A stretch of DNA of 64,000 nucleotides from Candidatus Poribacteria bacterium (GTDB lineage: Bacteria; Poribacteria; WGA-4E; WGA-3G): the NCBI GenBank assembly GCA_965214095.1, contig OZ243938.1:4320001-4384000 (forward strand). The letters are read 5' to 3'. Within the stretch, counting starts at the first letter, position 1, and every line of letters begins with the position of its first letter. Below, piece by piece: positions 20,596-30,113 of this stretch. A program made the position numbers and the translations under genes. A model generated the notes under the pieces. That model was not told the origin of the DNA, searched no databases, and was given only the letters and a program-made list of their open reading frames with translations.

Positions 20596-21471
20596 ATGTT
20601 TGAGGGGTCTTTTGTAGCACTCGTCACACCCTTTAAGGACGATGACTCGTTAGATGAAGCGAAACTCAAGGAACTGATTGAGTTTCAGATTGAAGGCGGA
20701 ACACACGGTATCGTCCCGTGTGGAACAACAGGTGAATCTCCTTCGCTTTCTGATTCAGAACATGGTCGCGTCATAGATATCACAATTGAAACTGTGAATG
20801 GAAGAGTCCCTGTGATTGCTGGTACAGGTTCAAATTCAACGGCTCGTACACTCCACGCGACGAAACACGCAAAAGCTGCGGGTGCTGATGCTGCACTTAT
20901 CGTTACGCCATATTACAACAAACCGAACCAAGAAGGTCTTTATGCCCACTACATGAAAATTGCTGATACCGTTGATATTCCCATTGTAGTCTACAACGTC
21001 CCCGGCAGGTGTGGTACAGACATCCTTTCTCCGACTATAGCACGTCTTGCTGAACATCCGAACATCGTTGCTCTCAAAGAGGCAACAGGTGAACTTAAAC
21101 GCGCAAGCGAGGTCGTCAACTTATGTCCGGATGATTTTGTCGTGCTTTCTGGTGATGATGTCAACACATTACCGATTATGGCGGTTGGTGGAAAGGGTGT
21201 TATCTCTGTCGTGGCAAACATTGCCCCCTCTGACATAGCTGAAATGTGTAACGCATTTCACGCGGGAAATCTTGAACTTGCCCGTAAACTTCATTACAAA
21301 ACATATCCTTTAGCAGTTAATCTGTTCATTGAAACGAATCCTATTCCTGCAAAAACATCCTTGAAGTTGATGGGCAAACTCAATGGAAAAGTCAGATTGC
21401 CACTGGCTCCGCTCTCTCCAATGAATCTTGAAGTACTCCGTGATACACTTACAGATACAGGTTTGATCTAA
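20596..21471 (+). CDS. dapA: 4-hydroxy-tetrahydrodipicolinate synthase
   Basis: GTTGESP, PYYNKP, YNVPGR, ALKEA; ATG at 20596 follows AAGGAGG. Confidence 0.95.
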   Translation: MFEGSFVALVTPFKDDDSLDEAKLKELIEFQIEGGTHGIVPCGTTGESPSLSDSEHGRVIDITIETVNGRVPVIAGTGSNSTARTLHATKHAKAAGADAALIVTPYYNKPNQEGLYAHYMKIADTVDIPIVVYNVPGRCGTDILSPTIARLAEHPNIVALKEATGELKRASEVVNLCPDDFVVLSGDDVNTLPIMAVGGKGVISVVANIAPSDIAEMCNAFHAGNLELARKLHYKTYPLAVNLFIETNPIPAKTSLKLMGKLNGKVRLPLAPLSPMNLEVLRDTLTDTGLI

Positions 21472-21562
21472 AGATGCAGATCACTTCCAAAAGTTAATAA
21501 AGCATATATCCCATTGATGTCCGACAGAAATCGGGCTTTTCTTATATGTGAGAATACTACTC

Positions 21563-22651
21563 ATGAAAAAGATTGTAAAAAGACTACTGATAGGTATTGG
21601 AATCATCGCTGTTGTGATTGCAATTGCAGCTGGCTATATGTTTTGGAAGATGGGACAGCCTATTTATATATTCGGTTCAGTAAATAGTGCTGAAAACCTT
21701 CGCGGTCCGTTAGAACCTCCAGAGCAATCGGATCCTACATCTTGGCGCGTGGAGTCTGATATCACAATTCATTATGATGTCTATGGAAAGGGCAGACCAA
21801 TCATCATCGTTCACGGAGGTCCGGGAATACCGTACGCAAATGCTTGGAAAGGATTAGAACCGTTAGAAGAACAATACGCATTCTACTATTATCATCAAAG
21901 AGGAGCAGGTGACTCTACCCGTCCAATTGATAGATTTGAATCAAAAAACTATCCTAAAAATGTTACAAAGCTTGAACAGACACTTGGTGTAGGCGCACAA
22001 ATTGCAGATATTGAACGTATTCGTCGTATACTTGGTGAAGATAAGCTAATACTTATCGGACATTCGTTTGGTGGATTTATTGCAGCACTTTATGCTGCAG
22101 AATTTCCCATGAGGGTTGAGAAATTAATACTTGTTGCACCTGCAGGAATGTTAACACCACCACAGAAAGGCAACAATTTCTTTGATGCCGTTCGGCAGAA
22201 ACTACCAGAAGAAGATCATAATAAATATGATACGCTTATGAAGGATTACTTTAATTTTGGGAACATCTTCTCTAAAACAGATAGTGATCTGGTTGATTTA
22301 CATTCAGAAGTCGGACACTACCTTTTGAAGGGGATGGGATATGATATGACACAGATGGATACACCACCATCGCCAGGCGGATGGAGCACATTTGCTGTCT
22401 ACTTCAGCACGGGTAGATCACCGGACTATCGTGATGCAGTAGGACATATCACTGCTCCAACATTGATAGTACACGGTGATGACGACGATATTGCGCTAAA
22501 CGGAAGTCGTCAATACGAAGAATTTATTCAGAATGCAAAGTTTATTTCCATCGGTTGTTCTAACAAATCAACTATATCTGGACACTTTATATTTGATGAT
22601 TGTCCAGATCAGTTCGCTGCGGCCATCATGAGTTTCTTGACTGACCAATAA
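21563..22651 (+). CDS. Membrane-anchored alpha/beta hydrolase (proline iminopeptidase-like)
   Basis: N-terminal TM helix, HGGPG, GHSFGG nucleophile elbow, C-terminal GH. Confidence 0.85.
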   Translation: MKKIVKRLLIGIGIIAVVIAIAAGYMFWKMGQPIYIFGSVNSAENLRGPLEPPEQSDPTSWRVESDITIHYDVYGKGRPIIIVHGGPGIPYANAWKGLEPLEEQYAFYYYHQRGAGDSTRPIDRFESKNYPKNVTKLEQTLGVGAQIADIERIRRILGEDKLILIGHSFGGFIAALYAAEFPMRVEKLILVAPAGMLTPPQKGNNFFDAVRQKLPEEDHNKYDTLMKDYFNFGNIFSKTDSDLVDLHSEVGHYLLKGMGYDMTQMDTPPSPGGWSTFAVYFSTGRSPDYRDAVGHITAPTLIVHGDDDDIALNGSRQYEEFIQNAKFISIGCSNKSTISGHFIFDDCPDQFAAAIMSFLTDQ

Positions 22652-23546
22652 ACTCAGCAATATCTGATGTATGTGTTTTGAAATCTCTTTCTGCTAAAGA
22701 CTTCAGATTATCTGACTGGAGAACGGTGTCAATATCCCAATAGGTTATTTTCGGGTCAATCCGTAAGTAATTCTCATTGAGTAATCGACCGACCAATTTT
22801 GCTGATGCTTGAGATTGTAATGTCATTACGAAAGAAACTAACTTTATTCCACCCCATCCTGAAATGAAACCCCATCCCCGTTTCTTTTTATACATTGATA
22901 TTGAATGTCCTGTCCCTAAAGACAATATCTTTATCTGTGATGGAGTCTTTCCAAAGGATGTGAGTGCCTCAGTATATGCAGCAATAGAAGGATTGTTTGC
23001 CCACAAACCACCATCCGACAGCATAAGATTTTTTATGTTTTTCGGAGCAAAAAACGTCGGTGCGGCACACGAAGCCACAATCGCATCACGTAGACATACA
23101 TCACCATCAGAATATTCAGTTTCACTCAGTTTTTCACAGTATTTCGATCTGAAAATGTGGGACTCACTTGTTGTTATCTCCGAACATGTGATCAGAAGTG
23201 GTGTTGCAATATCTGATAACGGCGTTGCGGGGATATGATGTGCGATTATCTCTGCCAACTTTTCATTTGAATATTTGCTGAAAAATATAGGATTCCGATA
23301 CCACTTTTTACGGAAAATGTCAGGTGCTTCAGTTTCAAAGAGTTCAACAATTTCGGTCATTGGAATATCAGAAACAGCAGCACCAGCAATGATTGATCCA
23401 GTACTTGTTCCTGCGATGAGATCAAAGCAGTCTTTGATCTGCACATTGTATGTTTCTTCAACTTTGGCAAGGAGTTGTGCAGAATATATACCGCGTGTGC
23501 CGCCGCCATCTAAGGCAAGGATGTGTAGGGTATCATTGTTTTTCAT
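22626..23546 (-). CDS. Patatin-like phospholipase (CapV-like)
   Basis: LDGGGTRG, GTSTG, SCAAPTFF, DGGLWANNP. Start placed 4 nt after the upstream stop (alternative 23561). Confidence 0.88.
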   Translation of the reverse strand: MKNNDTLHILALDGGGTRGIYSAQLLAKVEETYNVQIKDCFDLIAGTSTGSIIAGAAVSDIPMTEIVELFETEAPDIFRKKWYRNPIFFSKYSNEKLAEIIAHHIPATPLSDIATPLLITCSEITTSESHIFRSKYCEKLSETEYSDGDVCLRDAIVASCAAPTFFAPKNIKNLMLSDGGLWANNPSIAAYTEALTSFGKTPSQIKILSLGTGHSISMYKKKRGWGFISGWGGIKLVSFVMTLQSQASAKLVGRLLNENYLRIDPKITYWDIDTVLQSDNLKSLAERDFKTHTSDIAEFIGQSRNS

Positions 23547-23550
23547 TGAA

Positions 23551-24546
23551 TTATTGGTCATCTTCGTTTTCTGGTGGTTCCCAGTCTGCGACATTGAGTG
23601 CTTTGATACGGGAACGGAAGATATTGTCAAACAATTCTAATTTTGATGTTAACCATTCATGTTGATTTTTCCAGTCTGACTCATCTGTCAGATCTGTGTT
23701 ATCTTTAACCAAATACACTTGACTCTCTTCAAGTTCCGGACGTTCTGCCCATTCAAGGTTTTCGCCAAATGCACTATTTATTTCTTTTCTTTGTTCCTGT
23801 AACAAATGAAAGTATGCTTTAGTATTGTGACCTCGTATGGTAAACTGGATACGAATTTGCTTGTTTTTAGTACTCAGAATTGCGTAAATACCAAAACCAG
23901 ATTTCCCAACTCCAAAAACCATTCTTGCTATAGGTTGCGGTTTTGGTTTTCTAAGCATACTATTCTTTTCAATTAGGTGTTTGCCAAATTCTGACCAGAA
24001 TTTCTTATATAATAATTGGATTTCAGAGAGATCACTGATTATCTCGCGTTCAGAGTCCTGAATCACTGTCCTACTCCAGTCATTAGGACTAGAAACGACT
24101 TCAAATTGTGGAGCACGGTCTGAATCTCCAATTTGCCAAACTTTTATTTCTATGCCGAAGAACTGAAAACCTTTGTCTGCTGTCATCTCATTTAGTTTGT
24201 CAAGAGCTGCGCGGTGTTCATTACAAAACTTTTTTGCTATCCAAATCACTGTTTGTGCATTTAAACCAGCCACATAAGTCAAAATTTGACCGAGGTGTTT
24301 ATGGTCTGTTTCATGCAATTGGTTTTCAATAAGTACTCGCGAACCATCTTCATTTTTACAAAGAATATCGGCACGAAAGCCTTCTCCACTTATCTCTACT
24401 CCCTCAACTTCAAGTGCCATACCAAGGGTTTCTCCGAGGAAAGTCAGATTTTCTTCCTCAGCCAACCACGGTGTGAAATGTTGTGGTTCATTTTCCCAAA
24501 CGTCGTTCAATTCAACTTTTTCAAGCCTTGAAAGTTCTTTATTCAT
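23551..24546 (-). CDS. DUF4268-type protein with N-terminal PD-(D/E)xK-like nuclease domain
   Basis: VWENEPQHFTPWL, RADIL...VLIENQL, DHKHLGQILTY; C-terminal domain FWSEF...FGENLEW...DW. Confidence 0.75.
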   Translation of the reverse strand: MNKELSRLEKVELNDVWENEPQHFTPWLAEEENLTFLGETLGMALEVEGVEISGEGFRADILCKNEDGSRVLIENQLHETDHKHLGQILTYVAGLNAQTVIWIAKKFCNEHRAALDKLNEMTADKGFQFFGIEIKVWQIGDSDRAPQFEVVSSPNDWSRTVIQDSEREIISDLSEIQLLYKKFWSEFGKHLIEKNSMLRKPKPQPIARMVFGVGKSGFGIYAILSTKNKQIRIQFTIRGHNTKAYFHLLQEQRKEINSAFGENLEWAERPELEESQVYLVKDNTDLTDESDWKNQHEWLTSKLELFDNIFRSRIKALNVADWEPPENEDDQ

Positions 24547-24728
24547 TTACTGTCGTCTCCTTTAATGCTTTACCGTTGAGTTTAATTTTTACCAAGATAC
24601 CATATCAATGAGTTCATATCAATGGAATTTTATTGAGAAGGTTAACAGTATGTGTTATACTCCAACATATCAACGAGATCACAGATTGAGTTAGGTAGTA
24701 CCTCAAATTATATATTATCAGGAGTATC

Positions 24729-26057
24729 ATGAACAAACCAAATATCATCTATATTCATTCTCACGATACAGGACGGTATGTGCAACCCTACGGTCATGCA
24801 ATACCGACACCAAACATACAGAAGTTAGCAGAAGACGGTGCCCTATTCCGTAATGCATTCTGTGCAAACCCAACATGTTCACCATCACGTGCAGCACTTC
24901 TCACAGGACAGTATGCCCACAGTTGCGGTATGGGAGGATTGGCAAACCGCGGATGGAGTCTACCTGTTCCTAAACATCTTCTACCATATACACTGAATGA
25001 TGCAGGATATATGACTGCATTAGCAGGATTCCAGCATGTGGTAAGGAATGTCAAAGAGACTGGTTACCAACGAGTTTTAGCACAAGAGAACGGCAACGGT
25101 GGTGCAGAACAGCGCGCCTGCGCGTTCCTTGACGAAGAACATGAGCAACCATTCTTCTTAGACATCGGATTTAGTGAAACACATCGCAAAGCAAAAGGGT
25201 TTGATTCACCTCCAGATGGTGAATCGAAAACCGATCCACGCTATGTGAAACCACCTGCTCCATTTCCCGATAATCCTGTAACAAGGCAGGATATGGCGGA
25301 ATATATTGACGCTGCAAAAAAACTTGACTGGAAAATGGGAAAAGTTTTTGACTCATTGGAAAAGAACGGACTTGTTGAAAACACACTTGTCATCTGCACA
25401 ACAGACCACGGTCTTGCATTTCCACGTATGAAATGTCACGTTAGTGACCACGGTATCGGTGTGATGTTGATTGTCCGAGGCCCTGGTGGGTTTGATGGTG
25501 GAAAAGTCGTTGACGGATTAGTAAGTCAGATTGACCTATTTCCAACTGTCTGTGATTTGGCAGAGATTGATCCTCCTGAGTGGTTGCAAGGACACTCAGT
25601 TCTACCATTGGTTCGTGGAGAAACTGATGATATAAGAGATGCCGTCTTTGCTGAAGTGAATTATCACTGTTGCTATGAACCGCAGCGCGCTATCCGCACA
25701 AAACGGTGGAAATACATACGACGGTATGATGATGCGAAACAGTGGGCATTGCCAAACTGCGACGATAGCATCAGTAAATCATATATGTTGGAAAATGGTT
25801 GGGCAGACCAACCTGTTGAAACGGAACGTTTATATGATGTCGTATTTGATCTGTCTGAAGCACATAACCTTGCGGAAAATCCAGATTATGCAGATTTTTT
25901 GACAGAGATGCGCGGTCGTTTAGAGCAATGGAGAAGAGATACAGATGATCCAGTGAATGAAAACCAAATTATGGAACCACCTGAGTCGGCAGTTTTAAAC
26001 GTTCCGACTGATGTGTCTCCTGGAGACAAACGTTATCCTGCTGCAGAGATTCTTTGA
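24729..26057 (+). CDS. Sulfatase (sulfamidase-like)
   Basis: Canonical CSPSRAALLTG formylglycine motif; TDHG. Confidence 0.92.
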   Translation: MNKPNIIYIHSHDTGRYVQPYGHAIPTPNIQKLAEDGALFRNAFCANPTCSPSRAALLTGQYAHSCGMGGLANRGWSLPVPKHLLPYTLNDAGYMTALAGFQHVVRNVKETGYQRVLAQENGNGGAEQRACAFLDEEHEQPFFLDIGFSETHRKAKGFDSPPDGESKTDPRYVKPPAPFPDNPVTRQDMAEYIDAAKKLDWKMGKVFDSLEKNGLVENTLVICTTDHGLAFPRMKCHVSDHGIGVMLIVRGPGGFDGGKVVDGLVSQIDLFPTVCDLAEIDPPEWLQGHSVLPLVRGETDDIRDAVFAEVNYHCCYEPQRAIRTKRWKYIRRYDDAKQWALPNCDDSISKSYMLENGWADQPVETERLYDVVFDLSEAHNLAENPDYADFLTEMRGRLEQWRRDTDDPVNENQIMEPPESAVLNVPTDVSPGDKRYPAAEIL

Positions 26058-26398
26058 TCTTCGGATGTAGATTCCATATCGGTTTCTCCAACTTCTAATG
26101 GGACAACTGAAAGTTTACAACCGAGAGCATTGAGAATAGTACAGAGTGTGTCAAGATGCGGTGCTTTGTCAGCAGAAAGTATCTTTTGTAATGCATCAGG
26201 GGACATGTGTGTCCGCTTTGCCAACTCTGTTATGCCTCCTTGTGCTTCTACAACATAGGCGATACCCTTTAGAAGGAAGGGTATATCACCGTCTTGTTGA
26301 TATTCTTCCAATGCTACATCAAGATAGCCAATTGCTTCTTCCTTATCAGATGCAAGGCGTTTAATCAGATAATCACGCCATTTGGGATATTGTTTCAT
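26033..26398 (-). CDS. Addiction-module antitoxin (HTH), copy 2
   Basis: YLDVALEE...VEAQGGITELAKRT...LCTILNALG; ATGA overlap with the toxin. Confidence 0.88.
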   Translation of the reverse strand: MKQYPKWRDYLIKRLASDKEEAIGYLDVALEEYQQDGDIPFLLKGIAYVVEAQGGITELAKRTHMSPDALQKILSADKAPHLDTLCTILNALGCKLSVVPLEVGETDMESTSEDQRISAAG

Positions 26399-26733
26399 CG
26401 TTGTGCTTCCTTATATTCTAACCAGTAAGTTTTGGCACGTTCAATGTCACGCTGCTGTGAAGATTTATCACCCCCACATAGCAGGACAAGAATTGTATGT
26501 TCAAATTCACCAAAGTATATACGATATCCAGGTCCGAAGTGGATACGTAGTTCAAAAACACCTTGGCCTACGGGGTTACAGTCACCAAAATTACCATTCT
26601 CAAGTCGGTTGATTCGTCGTTCAATTCTGTTAATTGTTGTTCTGTTACGTAATGATTCAAACCAGTCAGTAAAAGGAGTTTTCCCGTTCTGTGTTGTATA
26701 AAATTCTATTTCCCTGGGGTGTGTATGAAGCAT
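26395..26733 (-). CDS. RelE/HigB-family addiction-module toxin, copy 2
   Basis: PFTDWFESL, GNFGDC, ELRIHFGPGYRIYF, LLCGGDKSSQQRDI. Confidence 0.9.
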   Translation of the reverse strand: MLHTHPREIEFYTTQNGKTPFTDWFESLRNRTTINRIERRINRLENGNFGDCNPVGQGVFELRIHFGPGYRIYFGEFEHTILVLLCGGDKSSQQRDIERAKTYWLEYKEAQR

Positions 26734-26771
26734 TATTTTGTTAGTTTATGCGATTATCCCTAATCAATATT

Positions 26772-27113
26772 TTATTGTTCTGGAGTATTTTTAGAACCAG
26801 TGTTTTCGGATGCTAATGGTTCAATAGTAAGTCGACATCCGAGAGCATTGAGAATATTACAGAGTGTGTCAAGGTGTGGTGCTTTGTCAGTAGAAAGCAC
26901 CTTTTGTAAAGCATCAGGTGACATGTGTGTCCGCTTTGCCAACTCTGTTATGCTTCCTTGTGCTTCAACAAAGGTTTTTATACCCTTCAAAAAGAAAAGT
27001 GTATCACCATCATCTTGATATTCCTCAAATGTCAACTTGAGATAGTCGATTGCTTCTTCCCGGTTAGCAAGACCTTTCATCAGAAACTCATGCAAAGTTT
27101 CAAATTTTCTCAT
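26772..27113 (-). CDS. Addiction-module antitoxin (HTH), copy 1
   Basis: Paralog of 26033-26398. Confidence 0.88.
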   Translation of the reverse strand: MRKFETLHEFLMKGLANREEAIDYLKLTFEEYQDDGDTLFFLKGIKTFVEAQGSITELAKRTHMSPDALQKVLSTDKAPHLDTLCNILNALGCRLTIEPLASENTGSKNTPEQ

Positions 27114-27448
27114 GTCTGCGTTTCCTTATATTCTAACCAATAAGTTCGTGCACGATTAATGTCACGTTGCTGAGACGATTTGTCTCCACCACATAAGATG
27201 ATAACAATCCGGTTCGAATCAATACCAAAATAAACGCGTATTCCAGGACCGAAGTGAAGCTGTAACTCATAAACACCGTCTCCAACGGAACTGCAGTCAC
27301 CAAGATTTCCATCCTCAAGTCGTTGAAGTCTTTTCCGAATTCTGGTTCGTGTTTTTTGATCGCGTAGTGTTTCAAACCATTCAGTGAAAGGCGTTCTCCC
27401 ATTCTGTGTTGTATAAAATTCTATTTCTCTGGGTTGTGTGTTATGCAT
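27110..27448 (-). CDS. RelE/HigB-family addiction-module toxin, copy 1
   Basis: Paralog of 26395-26733. Confidence 0.9.
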   Translation of the reverse strand: MHNTQPREIEFYTTQNGRTPFTEWFETLRDQKTRTRIRKRLQRLEDGNLGDCSSVGDGVYELQLHFGPGIRVYFGIDSNRIVIILCGGDKSSQQRDINRARTYWLEYKETQT

Positions 27449-27690
27449 TGTTAAATATTTTCTGTGTGTTTTGCTTTCAGGATATATTTAATATAACAGA
27501 TTTTGCCTACTTGCGTCAATTGGAAATAGGCAATGAACACAAACTTCAGAATGCTCTTCGTAAAGACAATTCCTAAAATTTCACTTGTCTATTAACCTAT
27601 TACATGATACGATAGTTGAGTAATCAAATTGAGATTTTAGATGATACTACAGAGCAATATTACCTGAATTTATGGGAGGAGAACAAGGAG

Positions 27691-28497
27691 ATGCGGCACG
27701 AACTCACCGCTGAACAAATTGAATTTTATCAGAATAACGGCTTTCTTGTTATTGAAAATTTTCTTGATGCAGATGAACTGACTGAATGGCGTAGGTGTAC
27801 TGATGAGTCAGTAACAGAACGTCTTGGAAACTCCGTTGAGTTTTTCACAAATCAATTGGATCCATCGAATTTTTATGCGCGCGTCTTTACACAATGTCTA
27901 CGTTTGTCAGATTCACACCCCGGCATGCGCAAGTTGGTGCATGACCCGAAAATTGGCAAGATGGCGACACAATTGGCTGGAACGAACGGCATGCGTATTT
28001 GGCACGACCAAGCACTGATTAAACCTCCCAACGGCAATCCTACTGCTTGGCACCTTGATGTCCCATACTGGTCATTTGACTCACGAGATGCTGTCTCATT
28101 TTGGGTTGCATTGGATGATGCCACGCTTGGAAACGGATGTATGTGGTATCTTCCCGGAACACATAAAACGGCGCGTTTTGATAATGTTGGTATCGGTGAA
28201 AATATAGGCGCACTATTTGATGTCTATTCTGAATGGAAGGAACTTGAGCCACAATCTGCCCCGTGTCCTGCAGGTTCTATGGTGTGGCATAACGGTCTGA
28301 CTGCTCACGGGGCAGGTGCAAACATGACATTTTCACACCGTCGGGCAATGACTTGCGGTTTCATGCCAGATGGATGCACATTCAACGGAAAAAGAAATAT
28401 CCTGCCAGAAGACTACTTCAACTCGCTCGAAATAGGTGATGTGCTTGACGACGATGTTCAAAATACACTTGTTTGGCATAAGGATTGGGAAACATAG
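27691..28497 (+). CDS. Phytanoyl-CoA dioxygenase (PhyH) family Fe/2OG oxygenase
   Basis: WHLD (HxD), PGTH, distal HGAGAN; ATG at 27691 follows AAGGAG. Confidence 0.9.
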   Translation: MRHELTAEQIEFYQNNGFLVIENFLDADELTEWRRCTDESVTERLGNSVEFFTNQLDPSNFYARVFTQCLRLSDSHPGMRKLVHDPKIGKMATQLAGTNGMRIWHDQALIKPPNGNPTAWHLDVPYWSFDSRDAVSFWVALDDATLGNGCMWYLPGTHKTARFDNVGIGENIGALFDVYSEWKELEPQSAPCPAGSMVWHNGLTAHGAGANMTFSHRRAMTCGFMPDGCTFNGKRNILPEDYFNSLEIGDVLDDDVQNTLVWHKDWET

Positions 28498-28558
28498 GAC
28501 ACTTACCTTAAAGACTTAACCCATACTATAAATTGATTTGTAAAGGAGAATATGGAAC

Positions 28559-29953
28559 ATGGCAAAACATCCAAATATCGTTCTGATGGGTGTGGACTCA
28601 CTTCTTGCAACTCACATGAGTTGCTACGGTTATCACCGACAGACAACACCACACATTGATAAGTTTGCAGAAGGTGGCACTCTTTTTGAAAAAACCTACA
28701 GTGCCCACATTCCCACTACAAGTGCCTATGCCTCTATGTTAACAGGAATGGACACATTTGGCACACAGGTCGTGGCACTTCGTCACAAAGGACCTTTACG
28801 TGAAGAAGTGAAAACCTTAGCTGAAATATTAAAAGAAGTTGGCTATGATACGACTTGTGTTGGCTTTGGTGGTCCAAGTGCACGTGGATTTGACACCTAT
28901 TTTGATTATTCAAATTGGGGTCCGGATGAAACTGGACGCAGTCCAAAGGCAGAAAACCTTAACAAAACCACACTGCCTGAGTTAAATAGACTAATTGATC
29001 AGAGTGAAGAGAGACCATTTTTCTTATTTCTACGTCACATGGATCCACATTCACCCTATTTACCACCTGCCCCTTATGAACGAATGTTCTATCACGGTGA
29101 TGAATGCGATCCGAATAACAAGTCTATGGAACCTGTGATGTCATTCAAGCCGTTTTGTGATTACTTTGCATCTTGGATGCCTGCGGGGATTACAGACAAG
29201 GACTATGTGATCGCACAATACGATGGTGCAGTTGCATATATGGATGCATGTATTCAGACGCTATTTAACGCGCTTGAAACGCGGGGTGTTCTGGACGATA
29301 CAATTGTAATCATAAATGGCGACCATGGTGAAACATTGTATGACCATGAATGCTGGTTTGATCACCACGGACTTTATGATGTTACACTCCATGTTCCTCT
29401 CATAATCCGATATCCTGGTCGTGTTCCAGCAGGAAAACGTGTGTCAGGATACAATCAACACAAAGACCTTGTGCCAACGCTCCTTGAATTGGCAGACGTT
29501 GAAACAGACATCGCTTTTGATGGTGACAGTCTCACGCCATTAATCAGTGGTGAAATTGCTTCCTATGATAGCGAATTTTATATCACTGAATGCACTTGGA
29601 TGCGTAAACATGGATGGCGGACACCTGAATGGAAACTCATTGTCGCTCTTGAACCAGATTTCCATTACAAGCCACCTGTTGAACTCTACAATCTCATCTC
29701 GGATCCTGATGAAAATGAAAATCTTGTAGATAAACACCCAGATATTGTGAACGTCTTGGAAACTCGGATGAAGAATTGGATACTTCAACGTGAGAAGGAG
29801 ACAGGATTGTCGAACCCAATAATGAACCAAGGTGATTGGCACGGACATAAAGATGTGGGTCCCTTCAAATCATCGGATCAAGCATATAACACAATGCATA
29901 TTGGGACTCCGGGTGAGGCAGCGCGTTTACAAGCGGAATCACGGGATGAATAG
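28559..29953 (+). CDS. Sulfatase-fold / alkaline phosphatase superfamily hydrolase without CxPxR
   Basis: PNIV..VDSL, PTTSAYASMLTG, DPHSPY, GDHGE, ELYNL..DPDE. Confidence 0.85.
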   Translation: MAKHPNIVLMGVDSLLATHMSCYGYHRQTTPHIDKFAEGGTLFEKTYSAHIPTTSAYASMLTGMDTFGTQVVALRHKGPLREEVKTLAEILKEVGYDTTCVGFGGPSARGFDTYFDYSNWGPDETGRSPKAENLNKTTLPELNRLIDQSEERPFFLFLRHMDPHSPYLPPAPYERMFYHGDECDPNNKSMEPVMSFKPFCDYFASWMPAGITDKDYVIAQYDGAVAYMDACIQTLFNALETRGVLDDTIVIINGDHGETLYDHECWFDHHGLYDVTLHVPLIIRYPGRVPAGKRVSGYNQHKDLVPTLLELADVETDIAFDGDSLTPLISGEIASYDSEFYITECTWMRKHGWRTPEWKLIVALEPDFHYKPPVELYNLISDPDENENLVDKHPDIVNVLETRMKNWILQREKETGLSNPIMNQGDWHGHKDVGPFKSSDQAYNTMHIGTPGEAARLQAESRDE

Positions 29954-29960
29954 AGATTAG

Positions 29961-30095
29961 TTATCAGTTTTCAGTGGTCAGCAGTCAGTAATAAGTTCTC
30001 AGTATTCAGTGGTCAACAAGAGGATAATGATTAAATCAGTCTTCACATTTCTGACTGCCGCTTACTGACCACTGACCACTGACCACTGACCACTA
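29961..30095. repeat. Inverted arrays of 7-bp tandem repeats
   Basis: Eight NNNTCAG-like units at 29961-30016 and six CTGANNN-like units at 30051-30092, including CTGACCA x4. Confidence 0.8.
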
Positions 30096-30113
30096 TAAAG
30101 AAAGGAAAACTCA

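Noticed and set aside
22626-23546. Complete CBASS system
   Set aside because: No CD-NTase or Cap2/Cap3 genes are adjacent; the nucleotidyltransferase at 12557-14011 is a tRNA-type enzyme.
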